64,000 nucleotides of DNA, taken from NCBI RefSeq assembly GCF_006345805.1, contig NC_043003.1, positions 9,734,001-9,798,000 of the forward strand, written 5' to 3'. The notes under the pieces are model-generated. The model worked only from the letters and a program-made list of their open reading frames with translations, ran no database searches and was not told where the DNA came from. Of the stretch, positions 52,700 through 64,000 are shown piece by piece. Made by a program: the position numbers and the translations under genes. Source of the DNA: Octopus sinensis (Eukaryota). Positions within the stretch are counted from its first letter, which is position 1. The number at the start of each line of letters is the position of its first letter.

Positions 52700-53290
52700 A
52701 CCTGATGCCAATGGATACAAATTTCTGATTCCTAGAAATACTACAACTCGATTTATTATCCACGAGTAGCCGAGAGGCAATACCTTTAAAAAGATTAAGC
52801 TCCAGTTGAATTCCAGACTTAATTTAAGGAATAATAAAAATAATATGAATGCGTGAGTAATTGCTGCTTGGCGATATTATACTGGGAAGGAAAATGAGAT
52901 CGAAGCAGTAGATACAAAAATGAGAAAAGCTGTAACGACGCATGGAACACGTCATCAGAAAGTAATTGGTTAATTGTGAGTAACAAACACAAAATTGAAA
53001 ATAAGGCGTTAGTAGCATTTCGGATAGTATGACTGAAGAACATAGGTAAATAAACCAGGACATTGCAAAGGCAGAAGAACTAATTATACACATTGGAATT
53101 GAAATAATCTGACTTCAAATGAGCTTTGAATAGAAGAAGCCATACTACAACAGGCAAAACAGTTATATGGAGAATGTCGTCGACTGCAAGAATGTGAAAA
53201 TTCACGGGTCATTAGGAATGTGAGATGCGTTGAGATGCGGAAAGAGAAATCGCAAGTTTGTTGGTAACTGCTCAAAATCAAACCCTAAGC
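52700..53290 (+). pseudogene. Highly decayed R4/Dong-type reverse transcriptase remnant
   Basis: Fragments GYKFL and NNKNNMNA*VIAAWRYYTG..ENEIEAVDTKMRKAVTTHGTRHQK resemble the post-RT N..AIN..AV..RY..G..W...D.KTRK..T..G.H.K motif. Confidence 0.5.
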
Positions 53291-53389
53291 CGTACTTAAG
53301 TGAGCAAGGTGTTTATCCCATCTCTTCGACGAAAAAATGTCATTTAAATATTTACCGGCTGGAAAAGAAATAGCATACACAAACACACG

Positions 53390-53431
<42 letters not shown>

Positions 53432-53436
<5 letters not shown>

Positions 53437-53546
53437 TGTGACCGACCAGGCTATCAGATGTTACTACACATCGCTGGTCACAATGCGCTTCGCTTTGTTT
53501 TAACCTACAAATGATGCCACCCCGCTGGCTAAGCGAGCAGGCCAAT
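53432..53546 (-). mobile_element. Isolated C2-type 3' tail between (TA)n tracts
   Basis: Reverse complement of about 44610-44722. Confidence 0.75.
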
Positions 53547-54660
53547 ATATATATATATATATATATATTGCGTGGACGAAAGTGTGTGGAGGAATCTTCT
53601 GCGAGCTCTGTCTCTCTCTTTCTCTCTCTCGCTCTCCTCTTTCTCTCTCTCACACGTACATACACACACTTACTCATACACATGTGTGTGTGTATGTGTG
53701 TGTGTTTGTGTGTATAGATGTATATATCTACTAATGACAATTGGTTTTAAAAAAACCTTACCGCTTCCGCCTCCTTCGAAAGATATAACTCTGATACTGC
53801 GGTTGCCAAATTTTGCTGTTCTATTCGTCAACTGCAAATTTTGGGGAAGTCAATTTTTCTCTTTGTTTTCTTTCTTTATTTTTTTTTTGATTATCTGAGT
53901 ATACTCTTCTACAATAATAAACCAAACAACAAATGGGAAATTTTAAATACTGCTTCTAAGCATCATTAGATCATCGATATAACGTTAACAGTGACACGTA
54001 ATTGTATTTCACATATTTATCAACTAATAATTAACAGACACCCGAACCAAACTTGGTCTATCAATGAGAATAAACCAGTCAATGGAACGCTTGTTCATGC
54101 TTTTCGCCCAGAATTTTGGGCACAACTACTGTTGATTTCCCTTCGCTTTCTTTCTATTGAAATGTTCTTAATTAGTTATACTTTTCAAATGAAACTCTAA
54201 ACAGACACCTTTTCAAGGGTTCATATCAGGATTATACTTACTTTTTTTGTCAATGTAGAATGAAAAGCTTTCAAACCATTTTAGCCATTAGATAGCTTGG
54301 TGGTTATGGTAGCAGCATATAACATGAGATAAGAGAGACAGACACATTGTAGGATATCATTCACATTATTTTCCATCAGCATTGTAGCAGCTTACTTCAT
54401 TAATTACTTTTATGAGCAGAAATTTTTTGCACCATGCTTAACAATTTTATGTTGATGATAAATATCAATCAGGATAATGTCACAGATTTTTTTGCAGTTC
54501 ATTGTTGATGAGAAAATCATTGAATGGCAAAAAAACGTAAATAAGTAAATATATAAATGTATAGGCTTTTCGTTCTGAATAAAAAGTTTACAGTTATAAA
54601 CAGTTATCTACATTATCGAAAACGTATCTGTCAAATTTCCTGAAAAATAACTTGCATATA

Positions 54661-55062
54661 GGCGCATGCGTGAGTGTATGGTAAGAAGGTTTCTTCTCAA
54701 CCACATGGTGCTGGTTTCAGTCCTGCTGCGTGGCATCTTGGAAAATTGTCTTCTACTATAGCCTCGGCCCAACCAAATCCTTGTGAGTTGATTTGATTGA
54801 CGGAAACTGAAAGAAGACTGTCATATTTATATATATGTGTGTGTGTGTGTCTGACTGTGTCTGTGTTTTCCCCTACAGCGCTCGACAACCGGTTGCTGGT
54901 GTGTTTAGGTCACCGTAATCTAGCAGTTCGGCCAAATATACCGACAAAATAAGTACCAGGCATTTAAGAAATAAGACTAGGGTTGATACATTCGGCTAAG
55001 AACTCTCGAAGGCGTTGCCCCAGCACGGCCGCAGTCTAATGACTGAAACAATTAAAGATAAA
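54661..55062 (+). mobile_element. Diverged SINE family B
   Basis: Head, TCTTCTACTATAGCCTCGG body and tail CAGCACGGCCGCAGTCTAATGACTGAAACA. Confidence 0.75.
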
Positions 55063-57096
55063 ACAAAAAAAAATTAAATAATTATTACAACAGTTATAGA
55101 GAAATTGCTTCCACAGTGGTCACTAGACAGTAGCTACACCCGAGTTTTGGAGATGTTTAGAAGAGTTCTTAAGAAATCAAATCTCATATATTGAGGGGAC
55201 TAATCTTGAACGGTGCTTCGTTTTGTTGGTTACAATTGTCAGGAATCTGTAACACACTGACAGAAAGCTGTTAACGGTAGTGGTGTAGAAAAACATTCAA
55301 TCAGGCAACAGCGAATCTTCTAGAAATCTCCATTGCAAGAATTATATTTGCTTCTATGACATTTTGTAAGCTGAAAATTCCTTCAATTTATTCTTACACA
55401 AGCCACCGCCAGCAACGTTTTCCAATTTGATTTCTTTTGTCACCCGAGAAGTTGAATACAGACCAACGTTCCATCAAAATAATCATTGAAGTTTGGTTTT
55501 TTGGAGAAACCAGGTGCTGATAAATTTCAATTTCGTGTACAGGACTCGCCTTATAACTTCCAGCCATTGTCTAATAATCACAATTGTAATCACAAATGCG
55601 TTAACTCAAAAGAGACGAAAAGAACGTTTACATTTGGAAGAAAAGTTCCAGTTCAGTCCACAATTTGCAAACTTAACATGAAACCAAGCCTGTTCAGAAC
55701 GCTCACACGTTAGCGATGAAGATAAAATAAAAAAAGGCCTATTTCTTTGATTAAGTAATGCTTAATATTTCTTGCTCAAATAAAATTTAAAGAATTGTTT
55801 CCATTTAGAAACAGTATTTCTATAAATGACGATGAAAAAAGCTGAATAAATATCATTTACAAATATTCTTAACTGTCCCTGTACGAGAGATAGATATATA
55901 AAAAGTTATTTTATAATAACATTGTATATTTCGTTTTTTCTAGAGTTATTCTATTCCTAACAAACCCATATAGCAATTTAGAAATATATGATATTTATTG
56001 TTAAGAGCACGATAAAAAAAAAAGTATGAACATTTTATCATTAAATTACCTACGAGAAAGTTTCTTCTCAACCGCAGATGTTTTTAATTTAGTAATTTTA
56101 AAATACACATCATCAGCAAATTTATTCAAAGATCAGCAAAAGTTTATCCCCTGGTTTGTAATTTTAGCCCGATTGGGAAAAATTATTGCCTAAAGCATTT
56201 GCACCAAGTCACGAACCACTCAGTAAATATTAATTCCATGTAGCAAGGTTTGTATGTTCGGATCAATAGTTTTTGGGAAAATATTGACACTGCTGCTTCC
56301 ACATACCCACTCCGTATAGATATGGGAGTATTTTAAAACTTATAATTGAAGAAACATTTTTAATGGGGGCTAACAATTTTTTTTTTTTTGCTGACAGTGA
56401 GCCTTATTTTTTTTTAATTATAAAGTAGCTAATAAAAGTTATCGGTTTTAGTTTTTAAATCTAAACACTTTTAACATTTTTAACTATAGCTGCAATATTT
56501 TATGTATAAATATGCTTGTCCTGTACTTTTCCAGGTCTCCTAACTTGGCCTGTACTTTTGCAGGTTTAATAACTTAAGAATATTAACCTCGATGTGTCCG
56601 CAGTTTTTCATTGTAATCCATTGTTGTTTTCCAGTCAATGCAATTAAACTAACAAATAGTGACAATTAATAATTTTGGATTTTACCTGATCGAACTTTTT
56701 TCATTTTATTTAATACATATATTAAATAATTTTTCAATTATATTTCATGTTTGATGATTGAATTAAATTGGAAGAAGTATTAATCTAAATAAATAAAAAT
56801 GAATTGTAAGAGCACTTTAGTTACACTTGCTCATGATAGAATCGAAAATTCAAAGAGAAAGAGAAGAAATCTTATTGTGAAGCAAGAAAGACAACTGTGT
56901 ATATTTTATATATAACAGTTTATATAATCAATTATAAGACTCTGAGCGAGGTACAAACAATAGCCGCACGACATCGTGAAGTATATTTACCGCCTAAATG
57001 TGACTACGAACTACAGTAGCATCAACTCTTAAGGGTCAGCCAGATTAAGGAGGCAAATATATTTCACGAGTTCATATAATCTCTTCTACTCTAGAC

Positions 57097-57293
57097 ACAA
57101 GGCCCAAAATGTTTAAGGAAGGGGCCAGTCCATTAGATTGACCCAGTATGCAGTTGGTACTTAATTTATCAACCCTTAAAGGATGAAAGGCAAAGTCGAC
57201 TTCGGCGGAATTTGAACTCAGAACTTAAAGACAGACGAGATACCGCTAAGCATTTCGCCCGGCGTGCTAACATTTCTGCCAGCTCACTGCCTT
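57097..57293 (-). mobile_element. SINE A/A2 copy
   Basis: Reverse complement of the family A head and core with an A2-like tail. Confidence 0.8.
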
Positions 57294-57399
57294 ATAGAGT
57301 TTATATAATAAAAAAAAAATCAGTCGATTAAGCGTCACTTACTTTTTTTCTCACTTTTACCTCATACTTTTTCTACAAAATTTTATTGCATAAAGTTAG

Positions 57400-57652
57400 C
57401 ATTTTTAGATTCCTCTCGTTTTGATTTATCATTTTGCGCTTAAATAAAATATGAATTGCTTTTAAATTAAGAAAGTTTTTTGAGGTCAGCATCGATTGGA
57501 GGCGTTACTTAGATTTTTTTCGGTACTTTTAACTTCACAACTTCTTTATATTAAAGATTCTTTTCATAAAATCGACATTTTTAGATTTCTCTCGTTTTGT
57601 GCTATCATTTAAGCTTAAATAAAATATTGATTGCTTTTAAAAGGAGAAAGTT
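57400..57652. repeat. Diverged tandem duplication, period about 176 bp
   Basis: CATTTTTAGATT(C/T)CTCTCGTTTTG...TTAAATAAAATA..ATTGCTTTTAAA...GAAAGTT at 57400-57477 and 57576-57652. Confidence 0.8.
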
Positions 57653-57887
57653 ACTTTGATACGTTTTTTCGACTTTTGGACAACACATACTTTACGTAAC
57701 TTTTTTTCTCCCCAGAACCAAATGTCAATATTTTTATACTAAAATGTAGATTGGGAGATGATTATTACAGAACTGTTAACAGTTTTGAATTTGGTTGAGT
57801 AATGAGTTAGTGACAAATCTTTGAACAGACTGCGGATGAGTAAATGTCGGCTTAGGAATATTATTCAATCACTACAGTGCTTAAATG

Positions 57888-57926
<39 letters not shown>

Positions 57927-57930
<4 letters not shown>

Positions 57931-58262
57931 CTTTTATTCGATTGTTTCTTTGTAAGCCTAGTAATTCTATCACTCTCGTTTTACAGTACCACTAAGTCAC
58001 GGGGACGTAAACACACCAACATCAGTTGTCGAGCGATGGTGATGGAACACACACACAAACGCACATAAATATAAACATATATATACATATTATATAAACG
58101 ACGGGCTTCTTTCAGTTTCCGTTTACCAAATCGTCTCACAGGGTTTAGGTTGACCGGAGGCTATAGTAGAAGACACTTGCCCAAGGTGCCATACAGTGGG
58201 TTGGACCCGCAAGCATGTGGTTGGGAAGCAAATTTCTTACCACACAGCCATGCCTGCGGCTA
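57927..58262 (-). mobile_element. Diverged SINE family B
   Basis: Reverse complement of family B with a deletion in the tail. Confidence 0.75.
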
Positions 58263-58299
58263 TATGTTATCTACTCCATATGCAGAGTTTGGCAACGTC

Positions 58300-58720
58300 C
58301 TGTACCTACGCCTTAGCATCTAATGTGGCTTGAGACAATGTTCTGAAAATACACCCAATTAGATTGCACCTCCGACTTGGACCACCAAGATCCGCAGATA
58401 AGTTCTGCCCTTTGTAGACCTTAAAATGTCCTTTGAGGCATCCGTTGGATTTGCAAACCTGGCATACACTGCATTCAAAGGTGTGCAAAGACATATAAGC
58501 TGAATAGCAAGTGGAGGTTCGTTTTTCACGCGTTCGCAGATGAGATTTTTGGCCAGCAAATGACATGCATGGTCTCTCGCAGACTGTGCAGACAAAAATG
58601 TTATTCTCATTCACCTTCTTGATCGTTGCATTCTTCCTTAGACCTCTTTTGAATCTTAGTTGCGTTATATATATAATTAGAACTGTTGGAGTCAACAAGG
58701 TGTACGGTTGTAATCACTAC
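58300..58720 (-). pseudogene. Probable RTE-clade LINE C-terminal zinc-finger remnant
   Basis: KRGLRK...FVCTVCERPCMSFAGQKSHLRT resembles the KR..RK + CxxCxRxCxSxxGLxSHxRxH terminus of RTE ORF2. A second decayed finger follows. Confidence 0.5.
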
Positions 58721-60296
58721 AATTCTTTCTACGCAACGTAGTTCTGCAGTCTTGCAGGTACTTGGTTATTCAACCATTTCCTTGCATTATGAGATATAGC
58801 TGTATTTCGTCAGGTGATATATGAGTATTTTCACCATAAATTCAAATTCTCGGCTTCAAGAGCATCCTGCCGTATGTCGTGGCCAGGAGTTAGTAGTAGG
58901 CTCTGAGTGCATCGTGAGGGCTTCTATGGCTTAAGGTCCGTCGGAAAACAGCTTTGAATGTGTGAAAGTAGTGAGATGAGGATTTTGCTACTGTGATTGC
59001 TTTACTGTTTTAAGGGATTGACATTTTATTTCTTTATATTGTTGATTTGCTCTTCATGGTTGGTTATACTTGCGATTGGCAACCAAGGCAGACAGGCAGA
59101 CTCACACAGACATACACACACACACGCACATACACACACACATGAATCACAATTAACAACATTTAGTTATGTCATTAATAGATAAAGCCATTTTCGGGAG
59201 TGTTTAAAAATCGCAAAACAAGTAGGGGATATAATTCTAATAAAATCAATTAAGTCATGTTTAAGAAAACTTCGAAAATGTATTTTAGTAGTGAATCTGG
59301 CCTTTAAACCAACTTGTGAAATGAAAGGACGTGTTTTGTTTTTTTCTCCCCCTCTTCAGTGACGTTCTAACTTCTATACAACGGAGAAGTCTTACGTAAT
59401 AACAATTTTCCCACTTATTATATCACATGTATGAGACTTTATGGTATGTGTGCATTACACAACGACACTTCAATGTGGTATTTCTTCCACCCACCTTGTT
59501 GATATTCCCAGTGTCTCTATATACCACTCATAGCCTCGATAACGAAATAGAATAAACTTTGATATTGTAGTCTGACAGGATCGAAAGATATCTTTTGCTT
59601 TAGCTATTTCGCATGAAAACCATCTCCGTTCTGGTACTGTAATTTGGACATTTTCCAAAATCTCAATTATTTAAAATTGTTAGTATTTTCTCCTCTTCTT
59701 GTTGTTGTATATTTTAAACACGCGTAGACTTTTTTTTATAAATTGATTGTAAACCAACATACAATATAATAAGTGTGAGACTCTAACAGATGCGCATTTA
59801 GTATGCAGAACGCTTCACTAGGATATTTTCCCTCCAGACATAAAAGTGTTTAGTAAATTAACCACGTATCATCTCGCTAGTTACATATCTTCAGATAGAG
59901 ACATTTGATAATCATTACCGCTTGCGAAGCTAGAAATACAATCCAAAGTAGCAAACGAAATCGATAACTGGAATAGTCAGCACATATGTACTGATTAGTT
60001 TTATGACCAGAAGCATTACATTTTCTATCCTGGCAGCAATTACCGATGAGATGAAGGAAAGACGATCACATTTATATGGTGGGTTTATTCAGGTCTAGTA
60101 ATATTCATATTGTATCATATATTCATATTGAGTAGTGATGTAACATTTAGTTACATGGGAGTGTGTATGTGTGTTTGACTGTAACAGTATTCTCTCCCTT
60201 AATTTTGACAGATTCAACGTAACAATTACCATTATATATTTGTCTGTACACACACAAAAAGGCATATATATATATAGTATGTATGTATGTATGTAT

Positions 60297-60554
60297 AAAA
60301 CGTCGCCCTTTTCAAGCCTAGCCAGGCTCATGGGCCCGGTTCCCGGTTTATGCGGCGTATGTGTTCCGCAAAGCTGGACGGGAAGCGAGTCCATCGCAGC
60401 GTTACTCAAGAAATAGGAAGAGACAGTGAGAGAAAGTTGTGGCGAAAAAGTACAACAGGGGTTGCCACCACCGCCTGCCGGAGCCTCGTGGAGCTTTTAG
60501 GTGTTTTCACTCAATAAACACACACAGCGCCTAGTCTGGGAGTCCGCTGCCCTA
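60297..60554 (-). mobile_element. SINE family C middle with a third tail, C3
   Basis: Shares AAAGCTCCACGAGGCTCCGGCAGG..CTTTCTCTCACT with C1 and C2, then continues into an unrelated tail ending GGCTTGAAAAGGGCG. Confidence 0.75.
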
Positions 60555-60563
60555 CATTTATAT

Positions 60564-60615
<52 letters not shown>

Positions 60616-60617
60616 CA

Positions 60618-61889
60618 CGAGGGACGTTCAATAAGTAATGCCTCTGACCCACTTGCAGTTATTTGATCTAGCTGATATTTTGCATGTGCAATCATTTCTA
60701 TATCTATAGATATTACAGCTCTGAATTAGTTGTGGTTTCTGATTTACAGGTGTTTGAACCGAGTCAAGTGTGAAATGGAGCCTGTTGAGTGTTGAGCAGT
60801 GATCCGGTTTTTGTATTTGAAAGGACGCACACCACGGGAGACTTTTGATGAAATGAAAGTAACTTATGGTGATGATGCCCCATCATATGACCTTGTAAAA
60901 CGCTGGCATCGTGAATTCAAACATGGTCGGAACTCTGTGGAAAGAGCTCCCAGATCTGGTCGCCCCTTCTGCCATTGATGAGGCATCTGTCCGTCAAGTT
61001 GAGGCTGCCATTTTGGAAGATCGACGCATAATTATTCGCCAAATAGCCCATGAGGTCACGATTAGTACCGCGTCTGTGAAACTATCATTCATGACCATTT
61101 GCATATGCAAAAGGTGTCTGCCAGATTGATTCCCAGGTTGCTCACGCCTTTCCAGAAGCAAGAACGCGTCGAGTGCTCGAGGGTGAATTTGGAGTTGTGC
61201 CAGGAAGATGAGTCAAAATTTTTCAAAAGACTGATTACACAGGATGAAACCTGAGTCCATCACGATGATCCAGATACCAAAGCCCAGTCAATGCAGTGGA
61301 AGCACCGTGACTCACCTCCTCCAAAGAAGGCAAGGGTGCAGCCCTCCGCTGGCAAGGTCATGCTCACAGTCTTCTGGGACCAGGACGGAGTAGTGATGAC
61401 AGATTTCTTGGCAAAGGGTACCACAATTGCAGGAGCCTATTATGCTTCACTTTTGAGGAAATTAAGAGAAGTTATCAAAATCAAGAGGCGGGGCAAGATC
61501 AGCAAAGACATCCTCCTCCTGCAGGACAACACTCCGGTCCACAACTCGCTTGTCGCCAGATCAGAAGCACAGGCGTGCGGCTATGAACTCATCACCCTAC
61601 TTTCCTGACCTTGCACCCTCTGATTTTCACCTCTTCCCAGTCATGAAGTTGTTTTTGAAAGGAAAGCGTTTCCCAGATGATGCAGCCTTGATTTCTGAAG
61701 TCACGTTCAGGTTGGAGGACCAAGCTGGGGTCTTCTACAAAAACGGTCTCCAGAGCTGCATCAAACAATGGGAGAAATGCGTAACTCTGGGTGGTTCCTA
61801 TGTAGAAAAAGACTAATAACTGTGCCAAGTTTCGTTGCTCTACTGCTATGGGAAGTGGGTCAGGGGCATTACTTATTGAACGCCCCTCG
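60618..61889 (+). mobile_element. Full-length mariner transposon (about 1.27 kb)
   Basis: TIRs of about 37 bp CGAGGG(A/G)CGTTCAATAAGTAATGCC(T/C)CTGACCCACTT. TA on the right, CA (mutated TA) on the left. Confidence 0.93.
60775..61816 (+). pseudogene. mariner (DD34D) transposase pseudogene
   Basis: MEPVEC*AVIRFLYLKG..HTH..RSGRP; *IPRLLT (WVPR motif); TQDET*VHH; KVMLTVFWD; LLQDN; PYFPDLAPSDFHLF. Several stops and frameshifts. Confidence 0.92.
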
Positions 61890-62199
61890 TATATACATGA
61901 GCATGCACACACAATGTATACAGGTCGTAGGGCGTGAGCTAATCAGCTTTATTTTTGGTCTTTCATGGAGTCAATATAGATGTAATGGAATCTTCCGTCG
62001 AAGACGACCTAGGAATGCTCAATTTTTGGCGAACGACCTGCACAAAAGATGCCGTACATTAGTTCACTTTCTCAAAGAAATCGACATTTCCTGTACAAGG
62101 GCACAGATGTCGAATTGAAATTTTTTCTCTCAATACTACTACGGAATCGAAATCTAACAATCGTGAATGCGAGACCCTATCCACTAGGCCACGCAATAT

Positions 62200-62394
62200 A
62201 TATAGTGATAGATAGATAAATATGTAGGTAGGTAGCTAGCTAGAAAGAGAGAGAGAGAGAGAGAGCGAGTGACATAGATAGATAGATAAATAGACAGACA
62301 GACATGGAGGGACATTGACAGAGATAGATACACAAATAGATGATAGATTGATAGACAGACAGACAGATAGATAGATAGATAGATAGATAGATAC

Positions 62395-62428
<34 letters not shown>

Positions 62429-62463
62429 GGATAGATAGATAGATAGATATAGATAGATAGCCG

Positions 62464-62501
<38 letters not shown>

Positions 62502-62507
62502 CAGATT

Positions 62508-62549
<42 letters not shown>

Positions 62550-62575
62550 CAGATATATAGATAGATAGATAGATA
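62200..62575. repeat. (TAGA)n microsatellite abutting the Tx1 3' end
   Basis: Direct inspection. Confidence 0.95.
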
Positions 62576-62736
62576 TGTTTCTTTATTAGCCACACAGGGC
62601 TGCACACAGATAGAACAAATTACAAGGTAGAGCTTTTCTTTTGAAGGTATTAAAAAAAAAAAAAAAAAAAAAAAAGGAAGGGGAGGTTCGATCAAAAGGG
62701 ATCGTAAAAGGAGAGAAAGAGGACAAAAATAAGGGG

Positions 62737-62769
<33 letters not shown>

Positions 62770-64000
62770 GGGGAGAGGAAAAAAAATGATCAATAGGATC
62801 GTTATCACAGAAATGTCAATATGAAGTGTAAAGGGGAGGACAGGTGAGGTTTACCCGTGGAAAGAAAAGCCTGCAGAAAAGACCACGGTAACCTCGGTCA
62901 ATGAAGTCACATTTTATATTTCTTTTTTTTTTTTTTTTTTTTTTTTGCAAATAAGCAACTCTCTGTTTTCGATTTCTGGGTTCATAGGACTATGCTCAAG
63001 GTGGCTTCGTCATTCATACGTGCCATTCTTGCAACATTCACCCATCTTTTTTTAAAACATTCGCTAGACAAAACTTGCCTCTCTACTCTCACTTTCCTTT
63101 TCAAGTGGTACTTGAAGAAGTTGATGAGAGATTGACCAGAGAGGAAAGTGTTTGTCTCCAATCCTTTCAGACGCGTCCACCAGATACATTCTTTCGCCAT
63201 AGCCACAAGGATGATGAAAATAGCTCTTCCTTCCCGTTTGAAGGAAGGAGGCGTGACAATATTGACGATAGACTCAGCTGATAAACCGACTCGTCCCACA
63301 CGTGACAGCAGTTGTTCGACATAAGCCCACAGGTCGGAAATTGTTGGACACTGAACGAGTGCGTGCAGAACGGTTTCGTCGCTCTGACCGCATCTCGGGC
63401 AGGTCGGCCCCGTGTTTCTCGAGCCGTGTCTGTAGAGCTTATCCCGAACGGGTAGCGCTTCTCGGTAGCACTGCCAGGCCAGGGATCTCTGGAAGTTGTC
63501 CATGGGCCCTGGCCCGAAAGTCGTCCCGAACAGGCGGGTCAGGTACTCCTCGTCGACGTCCAGGTTCGCCCCGAGCTCGTCGTCGTACCTCCCCTCCACT
63601 AACCCCTATAGAATGCTTTGGTTGTGTTGAAGTCACTTAAGGTCGACCCAGGACGGCAGAGTTGCTTGAGAGCAACGCGACACTCGCGGTGCCATTCGCC
63701 CTTCCTCGGCCTCTTTTTGATCCACGACTGCAGTTCGTCATGGAGACGAGCTGCGGGAAAGCGTGCCTCACAAACGGCGACCACACCTGTTCACCGTCGT
63801 CTACATAGAGCCAGAGATGTCGCAGTCTCAGCGCGTGTCTGCGCATCATCAACCACGGCATGCCCAGCCCTCCTTTTAACGGGTGTTGACAGCAAATGGA
63901 TCGCCTGACCATCGGGACGCATCCTTTCCACAAGAAGCGAAAGAGGATGCGTTGTAGTTTGGTGATGGTAGGGTCGGGACAAGGTACGACGGTCAGGCGG
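62576..64000 (-). mobile_element. Tx1/L1-clade LINE, 3' 1.4 kb (continues beyond the window)
   Basis: ORF2 end plus a 3' UTR of about 400 nt ending AATAAAGAAAC followed by (ATCT)n. Confidence 0.88.
62982..64000 (-). pseudogene. Tx1 ORF2 C-terminal region with zf-RVT CCHC knuckle, two -1 frameshifts
   Basis: RILFRFLWKG...HPLKGGLGMP...RSLAWQCYREALPVRDKL..GPTCPRCGQSDETVLHALVQCP..KECIWWTR. Frame breaks near 63737 and 63604; no in-frame stops once these are corrected. Confidence 0.85.

Noticed and set aside
58306-58698. C2H2 zinc-finger-like ORF as a host transcription factor exon
   Set aside because: The His ligands are decayed, the TGEKP linker is absent, and the upstream KR..RK context fits an RTE ORF2 terminus better.

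Overview
This window is very AT-rich, microsatellite-saturated eukaryotic DNA. The SINE families look like those of octopod cephalopods (Octopus-like), which is recognition rather than a database result. I cannot support any host protein-coding gene, true tRNA/rRNA gene or CRISPR array. Almost all ORF-track entries are read-throughs of (TA)n, (CA)n, (CATA)n, (TAGA)n, (TAA)n or (CAT)n repeats, or antisense reads of SINEs. The window is a transposon graveyard. It holds about 30 tRNA-derived SINE copies in five families (labelled A, B, C, D and F here), and three CR1/L2-group LINE 3' ends. It also holds three R4/Dong-type endonuclease 3' ends in (TAA)n, an R4-type RT remnant, an RTE remnant and a Gypsy integrase remnant. 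DNA transposons include a full-length decayed mariner, a deleted mariner, MITEs and non-autonomous Helitrons. A young-looking Tx1 LINE ending in a (TAGA)n tract runs off the right edge. The most interesting signal is not in the ORF track: at least four or five unrelated short elements carry type I hammerhead ribozyme motifs with minimal or palindromic stem III. One of these is a tRNA-headed SINE. Most sit in (TA)n tracts, and several carry an inverted copy of the ribozyme region at their 5' end, the architecture of Penelope-like retrotransposition products.
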